DNA of 64,000 bases, taken from the NCBI RefSeq assembly GCF_009914755.1, contig NC_060934.1. One strand, given 5' to 3'. Of the stretch, positions 30,457-43,520 are shown one piece after another. The notes under the pieces are model-generated. The model had not been told where the DNA came from, ran no database searches, and saw only the letters and a program-made list of their open reading frames with translations. The position numbers and the translations under genes were made by a program. This stretch comes from the human T2T-CHM13v2.0 reference genome, Homo sapiens. The stretch's first letter is position 1. Every line of letters begins with the position of its first letter.

Positions 30457-30851
30457 GACCGAGCGTGGTGTCTCATGCCTGTAATCCTAATACTTTGGAA
30501 GGCCGAGGCGGGCAGATCACTTGAGGTCAGGATTTCGAGACCAGCCTGGCCAACATGGTGAAACCCATCTCTGTTAAAAATACCAAAAAAAGTATCCAGG
30601 CGTGGTGCTATACACCTTTAATACCAGCTACTCGGTAGACTGAGGCAGGAGAATCACTTGAACCCAGGAGGCGGAGGTTGCAGTGAGCCAAGATCACGCC
30701 ATTGCACGCCAGCGTGGGTGACAGAGTGAGATGACTCCATCTCAATAAATAATAAGTAAGGTAGGTAGGTAGATAGGTAGATAGGTAGGTAGGTAGGTAG
30801 GTAGATAGATACATAGATACATAGATTGATTGATTGATTGATCGATTGATT
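30457..30851 (+). mobile_element. Alu (S family) with a compound tetranucleotide tail
   Basis: Alu body to 30743, then AATA/GGTA/GATA/GATT repeats; TSD aaaagccc. Confidence 0.95.
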
Positions 30852-31926
30852 TTAAAAAGCCCCGGAGAACATATTGCATGTGATGTCTCATTTTGGTTAT
30901 CAACTGGCATAAAAATCTGTGCCATTCAATTGGAAGGAATCTTAGTGCCTCTGATAAATGAAAAGCTTCAGTGTGGCTTGCTCTGTAATCTTCAAAATAT
31001 TGGTGTTGAAAAATTACAGAGTATAAAAATTGCATTAGAATGAAGGTGTTTGACAGTTTCTCAGTAAATTTTTATACTGTGCTTACTGACACATAGAGTT
31101 TAGAATCTGTTTCTGATACTGGTTTTTGCCAGTTGTTTAATATTTGTTTCTGAACTCCCAAAGATGAACAATGTTTACTTTAATATGGGATTATGGATGA
31201 TTTTTTTTTCACATTATTTGGTATTTTCTAAAATCTATACAATAAACAAGTCACTTTTATGTTAATAATAAAAAAGATATATTTACGTTAAGGAATTTGT
31301 TTGGGTTTTTTTACCAAGATAAAATATGTTGAGTTCATTGAGATATTCGTTGTTCACCCCTCCTCCCCCAAACCACAAACACAGCACACTATATATTACT
31401 GAAAGATTTTACTTGTAAATTTCAGGCATATTTTCAGAAATATTATGACTGAAAATGTAAATACATCATTGACTCTGGTATAAATTTTGTAACAGCCAAT
31501 TTGCTGTTCAGCTACGAAAGCTGAATGTCATACAGTGAAATCACTGATCCTCAAAATGACTGTAACATAAATAGAATACCACAGGCACGTCTTGTTACAG
31601 AAACCTAGTTCTTAGGTATTTCAAAAATAGGCATCGTTGTCTTGTTAGCTATTTATATTTCTTATCCTTTTAATTTTATGTACATGTTAAAAGAACTAAA
31701 TCATTAAGAGTTTAATGTTGAAGATTATTTTTTAATAAAAAGTAGTTAAAAACTGTTAATAAATATTTTTTCTTTTTTTAAAAGCACTAGAAGGAATCTT
31801 AGAGATCATCTTATCTAGTGACTTTCAAAATTTTTTTGACTAAGACCCATAGTAAGAAACATATTTTATGTAATGACCATATAGATACATACATTTACGA
31901 AAAGGAAAAATTTTATCAAACAACTT

Positions 31927-32304
31927 TGTGTTAGTCTGTTTGTGTTGCTGTAAAGGAGTAGTCGAGGCTGGGTAATTTATAAAGAAAAGAGGTTCATTTG
32001 GCTCATGGTTCTGAAGTCTGTACAAGAAACAAGGTACTGGTATCTGCTTCTGGTGAGGGCCTCTGGAAGCTTACACTTGTGGCCATGTCGCATGGTGAGA
32101 GAGGGAGTGACAGAGAGAGAGGCGGAGGTGCCAGGCTCTTTTAAACAGCCAGATCTCGCGTGAACTCATTGCAGGGAGGGCACCAAGCAATTAATGCAGG
32201 ATCCGCCCTCATAACCCAGACAATTCCCACCATGCCCCACCTCCAACACTGGGGATTATATTTCAACATGAGATTTGGAGGGGGCAGACATCCAAACTTT
32301 ATCC
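31927..32304. mobile_element. MST-family (MSTB-like) MaLR solo LTR
   Basis: ggctgggtaatttataaagaaaagagg ... ccccacctccaacactggggattatatttcaacatgagatttggagggg. Confidence 0.9.
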
Positions 32305-34889
32305 AACTCTAACCCTATGTATGATGTATTCTTGATACTTTTCCTTCTATTTCATTAAAAAAAAAAAAATGTGGCTGCAGCCCCCTAACTTGGCCCAGAT
32401 CTAATGTCCACTTTTTCTTCACTTCCTATTTTGACAGATGAATTTTTATTTGCATCACAGTGCAACTAGAAAAATTAGACTTCTGGTATGTGTAGGATGG
32501 AGTTACGTCAAGAGTAGAAATATTTAGTTCTAGGATGGCAAATATTCAGTGTTCTTGTTACAGCCATATTACAGAACAGCCTTCTCTCCCTAGCCAGTCG
32601 TAATTGGAGATATTGCTAATTGAACATGGCCTAACATTTCTTCTTGCTGAATCAAGAAACACCCTTAGAATCTTCTTCAACATGGTGCCACTTCATACAA
32701 CTACTGTCACTTACTAGATGAAATTCTGGCTTTTAAGTAAAATCTTTAGGCCATCACATTATTTTGCTTCCATCTATGAAGACTAGACACTAATCAGACC
32801 ACCCAAATCATTTCTTGCATTTCCTCCCATTCAGATCAGGGTAAAAGTTAAGAAAAGAGCCACTGCTCTGTGTTCCTCATTGTCTTCCTCTCCTGCCTTG
32901 GAGTGAGCTTTGTTCTGCCAGTGATCATATTTCTCAAGTCTTTTTTTTTTTCCCTGTGCCTGATCATTTAGGATTATGTGTATAATGTGTGTGAAAAGCA
33001 TGTGAACTTTTTGTACAGTGCCTTGTGTATGGAAATTGCTCATTAAATACTGTTATTACTATTCCCAAGTATTTTACTTATCCCCAAGTCTCTCTCTTGA
33101 GGTCCAGGCCTGTTGGAGCTTTCTAGCCACATGTTCTGTAGACACCTGAAATTAATTTTACTCAGGCAAGTTCTGTTGGAACTCTTGAATACAGTTAATT
33201 TCTTTTTTTTTTTTTCATGGCTATCTGTGATTGCTGGTGATGTAGGCAAAATATTGCACTCATCAGAAAGAGAAAGCATGCCAGTTCTTTAAGGGAGAGA
33301 CAGACTTTCCTTGGACATTAAAGCCAGAAAGAAGTTTCTGACAATAAGAGATATTAAATGACAGATAGATGGTGATTTTCAAAAATAGTTTTACAACAGA
33401 TGTAGAAATGGAGCTACATAAAATACAGTTTAGGTAAAATTCTGAGAGGTTAGGCTGATGTGTTCCTTTGGCCTAAGTTGATCTAAGTATAAAATGTTGC
33501 TTACCTAGAGGAGGGCAAATAGCCCCTCTTATATCTTCCCTAAATTACACTTTCTTTGAGCCAGTCATTCAGCAAAAGCTGGATAGCAGATGTCGTACTT
33601 TGAAGGAACAGACAGAAGGAACAGAAGAAAACAGATGAGGTTTTGGAGTGCTGTCTTTATTAGTTTTCTATATTGTTGATCAAAGTTGGTTACTTTATAA
33701 ATGCTTTAGAAACCAGATGGAAAGGTTATGAAAACCTGAATAATCTAACTAGCATGTCCAGATATAAAGGTACCTCCATATCTCTGTGCAGGTAAACCAT
33801 AGTGGCACCTGCAGGCAAAGCCAGCATCTCCTCAGAAGGCAACTTTGTATCCCCCTCCAGTAGTTAAACAAGTGTCATCATTGGAGTGAATGAAGTTTCC
33901 CCTTCTTGGTGTGGTCAAAGGATAGTAACTTTCCCCAAGAACACAGTAACATTTTTAGGTTAACCAGTTATGAGAACTCTAAAGTGTGGCTTGAGTAATG
34001 CTCCTATGAAACTTAGCCAACTCTTGAAGATTTCAGCATTTCTAATCAGTTTTCTCCAGAGGCTAGTCCAGTTTGTACCTTTTCTATATACGCTATTAAT
34101 TTTCATATATTTCATAAATACTGTATTGAAAATTTTAAAGGGCTTATACTTATGAACTATAAAAAAGGACTGTTCCTTCTTAATGAAGACATTCAAAGCC
34201 ACATGTTTTTGGTTTGATAGGTTTTTTAAAAAGTGATCTTTCTCATCCTCAGTAATATCCCTATTTTGTTTGTGAAGGTTTAAATCACAAGCTTTCAAAA
34301 TCACACCTCAGTTGAGATCCAAGGAAATGATTGTGTGTATACTTTCTGTAGTAGAAACATTTTTCTTTCTCCTAAACAGAACAGAAGCTGATTTGCTGCT
34401 AGAGATGTCTAGCTAATACCTGCTGTGGGGTTTAGGGAGCTTGACGATGAGTAAAGTAGAGAGTAGAATAATACCAGTGAGAAACTGTGAGTCCCAGAGA
34501 GTACACAGGTCAATGGAATGTTCTTCAGGACCTCTCTTTTGTTGCAGTAGAATTACATTGTAATGAATACAGTAGTAGAATTCACGGTTCCCAGGTATAC
34601 GTCTTGGAGAATTAACAACTCCAAAGCACAGACTCTACGTAGAATTTAAGCCAGTGAAAAGAAATATTTTAGACTCCATAAGATAAAATGTTAGGGTTGA
34701 ATGTGTGTATCTCCATGTCTTTTTTCTTCTATCCCAATATCTTTTTGGTCGTGAGGCTTTGTTTCAGCTGAAGGCTTAACTGTGTGGGTGAATTTTTCTA
34801 AATGGTTTGTGGATAATTGAATAAAATTGAAGGATAATTATAACTAGATGCCAGGACAAGGGAAAGCTAGGAGACAGCTGATTTCAATC

Positions 34890-35203
34890 ATCGGTTCGCA
34901 GGGTGTGGTCTAAGGACTCCTGAGACTCTTTCAGGGTGTCTGTTGAAATTGAAACTATTTTCATAGTTTTGCCTTTTTAACTTGCAATCCCACAAATACA
35001 TGGTAGAGTTTTTCAGAGATTACTAGATGTGCAATGACATCATTGCTCTGATGGCTAATGGAAGTTTTAAACATTTTTCAGCTTTAATTTCTAATACAAT
35101 AAATCTAGGCAGATATAACATGTTTTTAAAAAATGTGTGCCAGGGTTTCTCAATAAGTTTTAAGTGTGTATAGGAGTTCTGAAAGCAAAATGTTTGAGAA
35201 CAT
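34890..35203. mobile_element. hAT-Charlie1-like fragment
   Basis: cctgagactctttcaggg...aaactattttcata...tgtttgagaac. Confidence 0.55.
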
Positions 35204-37051
35204 TTTGATTTGATTTGATTTGAGAATGTTGATTTAGATATTGTCTCCCCTAAAAAGAATCCAGCACGTAGCTACATACAATATAATTGCAGACCCTGGA
35301 GTGGGTTGAGACTTAGCAGATGAAATCTAGATATTCAAAACTATGGTGAAATGTGAAGAATTGCACACATAGGCACTTCTCTAGCATGTGTATCATTCTG
35401 TCAGCAACTTTTTATTAAGCTGCTACTGTGTTTCTATCTAGGAAAGAACACAATAGATGAGCAATGGGAAACTCTAGCTGAGAGTTCATACTTGCAGAAA
35501 GTAAGGATCAATAAAGTATACTTGGAAAACAGTGAATATCTCTGTAGGTCATCATGTGCTAAGATGTGTGATATGTGTGATATGAGAGCTCAGTGAGATA
35601 AACCAGACATGTCTGTTGTTGCCATTATATCCAGTCCTCTCTGCAGTAGTTGTGTTTATTGAAGTTTTCCTGTTACACTGTAACCTCTTAGAGGGAGAGC
35701 AATCTATCTTATGTATCTGTGTATCCTTCCCTAGCACTTAGGAGAATACTTTGGACATTCATAGTCCTTAAGAAACATGATCGAATTTGTGGATTTGATA
35801 TATGCCTTCCTTCTTTCTATGTATGGAATTTGTATCGAGCACCTACTCTTAGTCATGCTGTGGAGGTGGGTAAATGGAAGTTGGGATGGATTAAGGGGTG
35901 GCTTTGAAAGCTGAATAAGGTTTGATCCTTAGAGAAGAGTGGGAGTTCAAGGCCAGGGAAGTGGCATATGTGCCCCAGGTGCACAAAACACCAAGAGTCC
36001 AGAGACTAGAATGGGCATTGCATACTTGGGAAACATGTTAAGGTTCCTAGTTCAAACTCGTTGCAGAGCAGAATACTGCAGATACATTCAAGGCATAGTC
36101 TGCAAGATTGCACCATGGTTTTCTTATGCAACTAAACAGACTCTAAAGACAAAAAAATCATAAAGCATTTTGATGCTTTGCTTTCCTTATGGGAGCTGAC
36201 CGTAACCAGATGAGTCAACTCTAGCCACTGTTAACTGCGAATCATTCTGTATTTTCTTTCTTAGAAAATAAAGATGATGATGGTATTATTATCTGTTATT
36301 TACCAGGGCTAGATATTGTTACTCTAAACTCTTTGCTTCTTCTCATGAGGCATTATTGTTTTCCACATTTTAAGATAAGGAAATTAAGCTCCAGCCGGAA
36401 AGACTAACTTGGTCTACAAATTGTGGTACAGTCAGAATTCAAATCCAGCCAGTTGACCCTGAGCCTGTGCTGTTACCATTGTTGTACTTCTCTCATACTT
36501 CCCCCTGTGGTATGCTTAGTCGAGGTTGATTGTCCCAAAATATAGAAGCAGGAATGGGTGTCTCAGGTGATGAGACTGTGTTTAGTTACAAAAAACTAAT
36601 TTTTGTCAATACCTATGAAACTTTAAAAAAATTAATTGAAATGCGTTGGAATATTCCCTTCTGTATTATATTTATTTTTAAAAAATCTGAGCTAGATAAT
36701 ATTAAGGTGATTTCATCGAAGGGCCTTAAGCTGTTATAAAATGTCTGCATACTTACAAGGTTTTGAAGTTTTAATATTTTTCTCATTTTTGTCTTGGGTC
36801 CCTTCACTAGCCTCATAAATTTGTCATGAATAAGCTTATATTTCTGCAAAGTACTTTGAGTTTTCTTTTATAAAATTGCTCACATAAATACAGATTATTT
36901 TCAGTGGGAAATAAAGTTCTTGCACTTTTTTCACTACTTCATGTGATGCCCCAAATAAAATTTGCGTTTGACCAAAGTGAAAAGAGTACCTACTACAAGT
37001 GTGTCCTAAGATGAGAAATAAGACAATCCTCACGTAACTAAGAATGATCTA

Positions 37052-37456
<405 letters not shown>

Positions 37457-38020
37457 TTAATAGTTAAGTCACTAATTCTGTGACTATACTGGTTTTGCTC
37501 TTTTTCTACAGATTTAGCTTTTGTTTAATACATGACCTAGTTACTAAGAATTGTCTTAGTATTTCATGTAAGAAGTACTAAGTTGGCTTATTTAAAATTA
37601 ATTTTAATTGTATATGTGGGAAGATTATTGAATCTTATGATGACCATGGAGTCAAGGCTATTGTACCATTCTCTCTACTCATGGATAGACTTGAACATTT
37701 TCCTTAAACAAACTTCTCAGTATAAAGGTGGTTTGAGAAATTTGCTTACAATAATAATGGTCATAATTATTAAGCCATAATTATCAATAAAATCAGGTTT
37801 ATCTTTCTCATATTGGCTAGTGTGAGACGTTTGTTAATGTTCTTCAGTTTACACAATTGCTTTCCACATATTAAAAACAAAACAATTGCAGTCTGTTGTT
37901 TTAGCCTGTATTTTGTATCAGGTTGGTAGTAGTAGTGAAATTCTGTGTAAACTTCAAGACATGCATAACAGTTTTTGTTTGCCTCACGGCCCATTTTCTC
38001 TCTTGTTTCCCTTCCTCTAG

Positions 38021-38102
38021 AGATATACTGCCATTGGAGAACTGGGGAAAGCTACTGATACACTAGATTCTACGGGGAAGGTAACAGAAGAAAAACCTTA
38101 CG
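38021..38102 (+). CDS. TRUB1: TRUB1 exon 4 ([27 protein letters not shown])
   Basis: Long pyrimidine tract and cttcctctag|, donor ACG|gtatga; 82 nt; TruB Y...G..TDTLD..G motif. Confidence 0.97.
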
Positions 38103-39299
38103 GTATGAAGCTCATCTAATGTAGGCCTCTTTTCTAACATTTAGGAAAAGTTTCTGTGCAGGTAGCATTTTAAAACAAATCTCTGATATTATCAGCCATT
38201 TTAATTCTCAGTGTGTTTCTTTGGGCTAAGAAGATTGGAAATTGTTTATCGCATTGTTGCTTACTTGATAGGAGTTTTTGAATAAAGATTTATTGTGATT
38301 GCCTCTTTTTCTATAGTGATGTTTTAAGTGTTCAGAATTATTCTTCCAAATAACCTCCTTGCAAAAGCATGTATGGCTAGGATTTAGGTTATTTTCCCTA
38401 GTAAACGAGAAACAAAGCAGAGATACTCTGTTAGATTTCATCTGTCTTGCCATTAAAAAAAAATATATTACCTGTCAGCTGTTGAAATAAATGTACCAGG
38501 TTTAGTACTTTAAAACTTGTCATGTTTTTGTGCTTTCGGACTATGTAAAAAGAGGACAGAGGGCAAGCTATTTCTCTGGAAGTAAACCAGAACTCACTGG
38601 GGCCCACCTTAAGTTTCCTACTATCCCTTCTTTCACTACCGTAAGGAAGAATAGATAAATTAAATGGTCTCCTAGCAACTCTCACAGTGCTTATGCTGTT
38701 TATAATGCAGCAATTGCAGTTTTCTAAGTCAGTTCACCTGCATCATTATGTCACCAATTTGTGGACTGTTTTTTTGTTTAGTGTTATCTCTTAGTCATAG
38801 GCAAGCCAGCATTTGGCCCCCTTATATTTTTGTGTTGATTATCCTTATTACGTACTGCATATTGCCCCAGTAGTGAGGCCAACCTTTTTATTGTTCATAA
38901 TAGCTTCATTTTTTCTGTTAACATTTATATGTAGCTTAGTATCTTGCTCAATTAATCAAGCAACATAATGAAAAGAAAAATTACTGATTGATTTCAAGGC
39001 TTTTCAAAAACAGATGTTGAAATATTCTTGGAATTATTATTATTAATAAATAATAGCAGACCCTCACTTAACTGAAAGCCAGCTATAACCTTCAACCAGA
39101 AGACTTTAAGATTAAGGAGGCATAGGGCAATAGGAGGACGTCAGAGACTTCCAGAGGATACTAAAGTATTTATAAGTACTTATGTAATTAAGTCTCCTGT
39201 ATCTCTGACTCCATTTACCAAACCATAATAAGGAGAATGATTATTATTCAGAACAGTAGTCCTGGGGTAATATAATTAAGGCTGGGGGGTGTGGGTACC

Positions 39300-39480
39300 A
39301 CGTGGTGAAAAATATAAGGCGCACTAGAGTAGACAAATCTGGGTTTAATTTCTAGCTCTGCCCTTATCTAGCTGCGCAAATTTGAAATTTTCTTAGTCTC
39401 TTTATGTTGTAGTTTTTCCATCTCCAAAATGACAATAATGATAGCAACCTCATAGTGTGATTATGAGGATTGATTGGAGG
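39300..39480 (+). mobile_element. MIR SINE
   Basis: gtggtgaaaa...ctgggtttaatttctagctctgccc...catctccaaaatg...tatgaggatt. Confidence 0.65.
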
Positions 39481-40394
39481 AGAATGAATTTGGAGGTCTC
39501 ATAGACAAGTCATGAGGCTCTTATAGTAGTCCAAGCAGAGATGATGGTAAGTTGGACCAGGGTGCCAGTGGTAGAGACAGAGTTTTCCTATTAGAAAAAT
39601 TTCCCATGATTAGGAAGTAAAATTAGCAAGACTTGATTTTTAGTTGATTGGACAGGATAGCGAGGAAGTTGTCAACCATGACCTAGGTTTTGGGGTTTTA
39701 AAATTGGTTACATGATAGTGTAATTCATTGAGGATGCTGGAAGGGGCCCAGGGTGACAAAAATACTTAAACATATCCTTTCTTCCTATTCTTAAGCATTT
39801 TAGTATTTTAAAAAGCTCTATGCTGTATTAGGTAATTTGTAACCTTATTTACTTACCTTAAAGAAAGCTCAGTTTGTTAAATCATCTCATTGTAATGATG
39901 CAGTAAATCATAGAGAAACTAAGAACGTTTTTCAGGCTGTGAAGAGAAGAGCTTCCTACAGTTTATTGAATAGTATTTATAGTCCCGGAAAATGAGAGCT
40001 CAGAGAATTTTGCTGATTGGCATGATTTTTCTGTGTGCTTTCAGTAAATCAACAAATATTTTTTATTTGTTGAAGCTGCTATAGCAGGTACCAAGGGAAA
40101 GATAGATAAATGTAAGACCTAGCTTGTGTCCTTAAGGAACTTACTGTCTAATGGAGAACTCTGACCAATATTCTCAGCCTTCTGAGACCTAATACAGAGA
40201 CCTATGACCAATATCTTATAATGCCTTCTTTACTATCCTGAAATAAAATTCAGAGATACTTGAATTTACTTATACATTGAGAAAAATCAATATGATGTAG
40301 TAAATGGAATATAAGTAAGAAATAAAAGTAATTTATAGTAAAGTAGGTGCATTCATATGTAAGCACACAGATATTAGCAGACTAAAAGTCTTTT

Positions 40395-40581
40395 GGCTGG
40401 GGTGCAGTGGTGCACTCTTGGCTCACTGTAACCTCTGCTTCCTGGGTTCAAGTGATTCTTCTGCCTCAGCCTCCTGAGTAGCTGGGACTACAGGCATGCA
40501 CCACCATGCCTGACTATTTTTTGCATTTTTAGTAGAGGCAGGGTTTCACTTTGTTGGCCAGGCTGGTCTTGAACTCCTGAT
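40395..40581 (-). mobile_element. Partial Alu
   Basis: Internal Alu fragment lacking both ends. Confidence 0.88.
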
Positions 40582-40859
40582 CAGCACTCAAACATACAGC
40601 ATAATTGTAAATAGTGAAAAATGCTATTTAGGAATAATAGAGTGTTATGATAGAGAACAAAGGGAAAGGCCCTGTTACATGCTTTGATGTTTGAGTCTAA
40701 GCCAGAGACTCATTTTCTTATTCCTCTGAGCTAGCTTTCAGCTGTCTGAAATAACAGTTAAAAATAGTATTTGTCTAGATAGGACAAAATGACTTAAGAA
40801 CATTAATTTGCCATTGACTGCATACTGAGTTACTTTAGCCAACATCAGTTGTTCTTGAC

Positions 40860-41050
40860 AGGTCAATTAAAAACTGTGTTTCTAGTTGTTACAATGACTG
40901 GGTGGGGTGGTGACACCAGCTGCCTTCAGTGGGTGGAGACCAGGGATGACAGATGTCCTGTAACACAGAGGATCGTAGAACACAATGAAGAATTGTCCTG
41001 TGTACTGTCAGACTTCAGGATGTCTGCCAGATAGTCATGCAGGTGTATTT
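40860..41050. mobile_element. MER20-like hAT element
   Basis: tagttgttacaatgactggg...cagtgggtggagaccagggatg. Confidence 0.6.
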
Positions 41051-42261
41051 CAGCCATGAGGCTGAAACCATGTCTCTTTTGGTCCTCAGTAGTGTATTTT
41101 TGGTGTGGTATACGGCATACAGAATGACATATATGACATATAGAGTTTGAATCAAAAAAGATAGGCAGCAGAGGCATTCTCAGAAAAGATGACTGCAGAT
41201 AAGCCGGGAAAGGCAAAGCATCTTCCTGCCTTCTGCTGCTGTCTTCTCATCCACATCTAGGTATTAAGTGTCTGCTACTATTGCCAGTGTCTCTGAGGAC
41301 ACACAGCTTCAGTGTGCTCATCTGTTCTCCGCTGAGCTAAGGACACTAAGACCATAGCTTCCCAGGCTATATGTGGACCAAGCATCCGGGAAGGCCTAAC
41401 TGTCCCTGTACTGGGAGTAGTTTTTTCTGTCCCTCCCATGAGTCAACAAAGGTAGAAAGAAAAGTGGAATCTCATGCTAATCTTTTATTCTAAACACCAC
41501 CACCCCTTAGTCCTGAGATCAGATGTTACCAAGGTCTTCTCAAATGGACGTAGCTGATGTTGTATCTAATGGTACTGTCTCCTCTTGGACTGTATATGGT
41601 TTGGCTGCTGAGACTTATCCTGGAGTAAGCTCAAGAGTTGAATTTAGTTTCAAATTGTGATATGAACCAATAGGGTATATGCTATAATTGGACTAGTGTG
41701 TAGCTGGGTATAAAAATTCTTACAAAGCTGTTTGCATTTAAACTTTTCATTATAAAATGTACAAGTAAAGAAAACTGAACAAAAAATAAAGGTACAGCTC
41801 TATCAATTTGCACAAGACAAATATCTGTAGCTAGCTATCACCCTTAGTCAAGAAATAGAAGATTGCTAGAAACCACACTTGTGCCCTATCTGTCATTACC
41901 CTGTCCTCCTTTTGCAAAGATAACTACTGTTCTAACATCCAATGCTATGGAGATGGTTTTAAAACTAAGGCATAGTTTTGCCTGTTTTTGAATTTAGTAT
42001 AAATGGAATTAAACACTATGTGTCCTTTGGTGTCTAAATTCTTCCACTTATTATATTTTTGAGATCCATGTTGGTACATGTATGAGTATTTTGGACTTTT
42101 TTGTTGCTATGTAGTATGCCACTGTGTGAATATACTACACACATACTCTCCCAGTTTGGGGCTTTGTGAATAAAGTGCTGTGTATATTTTATACCTGCCT
42201 TTTGGTAGACACATTTCTACCGTCATTTCTTTTGGGTATATACCCAAGTGGAATATAGGTC

Positions 42262-42300
42262 GTGTGTGTGTGTGTGTGTGTGTGCGTGTGCACGTGTGTG
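42262..42300 (+). repeat. (TG)n microsatellite
   Basis: Read directly from the sequence. Confidence 0.95.
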
Positions 42301-43222
42301 CCTGCATGTGTTCCTGGGTTATAGAGTGGGTGTATATTTAACTGTACTGGAAATTGTCAAACAGTTGTCCAAAGTGATTGTACTTGGAAAACTTTGCATT
42401 TCCACTAGGAGTGCATAAGCATTCCACTTGCCCCACATACTTAGCTATTAATAGTGTTTTTAATTTTGGCTGTTCTGGTGAGTGTGTAGTGATAATTCCA
42501 TTGTGGTTTTAATTTGATTATTGATGAGATTTGGCACCTTATTAAGTGTTTTTGGCTTATTAGCCATCTTCTTTTTTGTATTGTCTGTTCAGGTCTCTTA
42601 CCCATTTTTTGTTTTTTCTTTCCCTTTTGAGTTGCCTTTTTCTTATACATTTGTATGAGTTTTTGTTTTTTATTAAGCACCTTCCATTCGAGGATGCATA
42701 GGTTCTTTATATAGTCTGGATATGTTCTCTTCTTTTGCCTATGTGTGTTGCAGATATTTTCTCTTACTTTGTGGCTTGCCTTTTTCCTCTCTTGTCTTTT
42801 GAAAAACACAAGTTCTTAGTTTTAATTTAGTCCAGCTTATCAGGCCTTCTCCTTTATGGTTGGTCCTTTTGGTGTCCTGTTTAAGAAAACTTTTTTGACT
42901 CTAAAAGTGTGAAGATATTTTCCTATGTTCTAGAAGCTGTTATTGCTTTGCCTTTCATGTTCCCTCTGCAATCCACCTTTTCTTCCTGCATGGATGTCCA
43001 GTTGCTTCAGCACTTTCCCAGTACTCTTGTGTTCTCTTCTTTATTACACATCAAGCACCCACTTAGGCTATTGTTTAAAAAAAAATCTATTTTTTTACAT
43101 TGATCAGTTTGTTTATACTTGTATATACACCAGACTATATTAATTGCTGTAGTTTTAGACTATCTGGATATCTGGAAGAACAAGTCCTTCCTGCTTTATT
43201 TCTTATAGATTTTTTTCTATAG

Positions 43223-43520
<298 letters not shown>

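Noticed and set aside
41225-41270. Recursive splice site (pyrimidine tract + ag|gtatta) in intron 4
   Set aside because: The regenerated donor is poor and the intron (about 10.5 kb) is short for recursive splicing.
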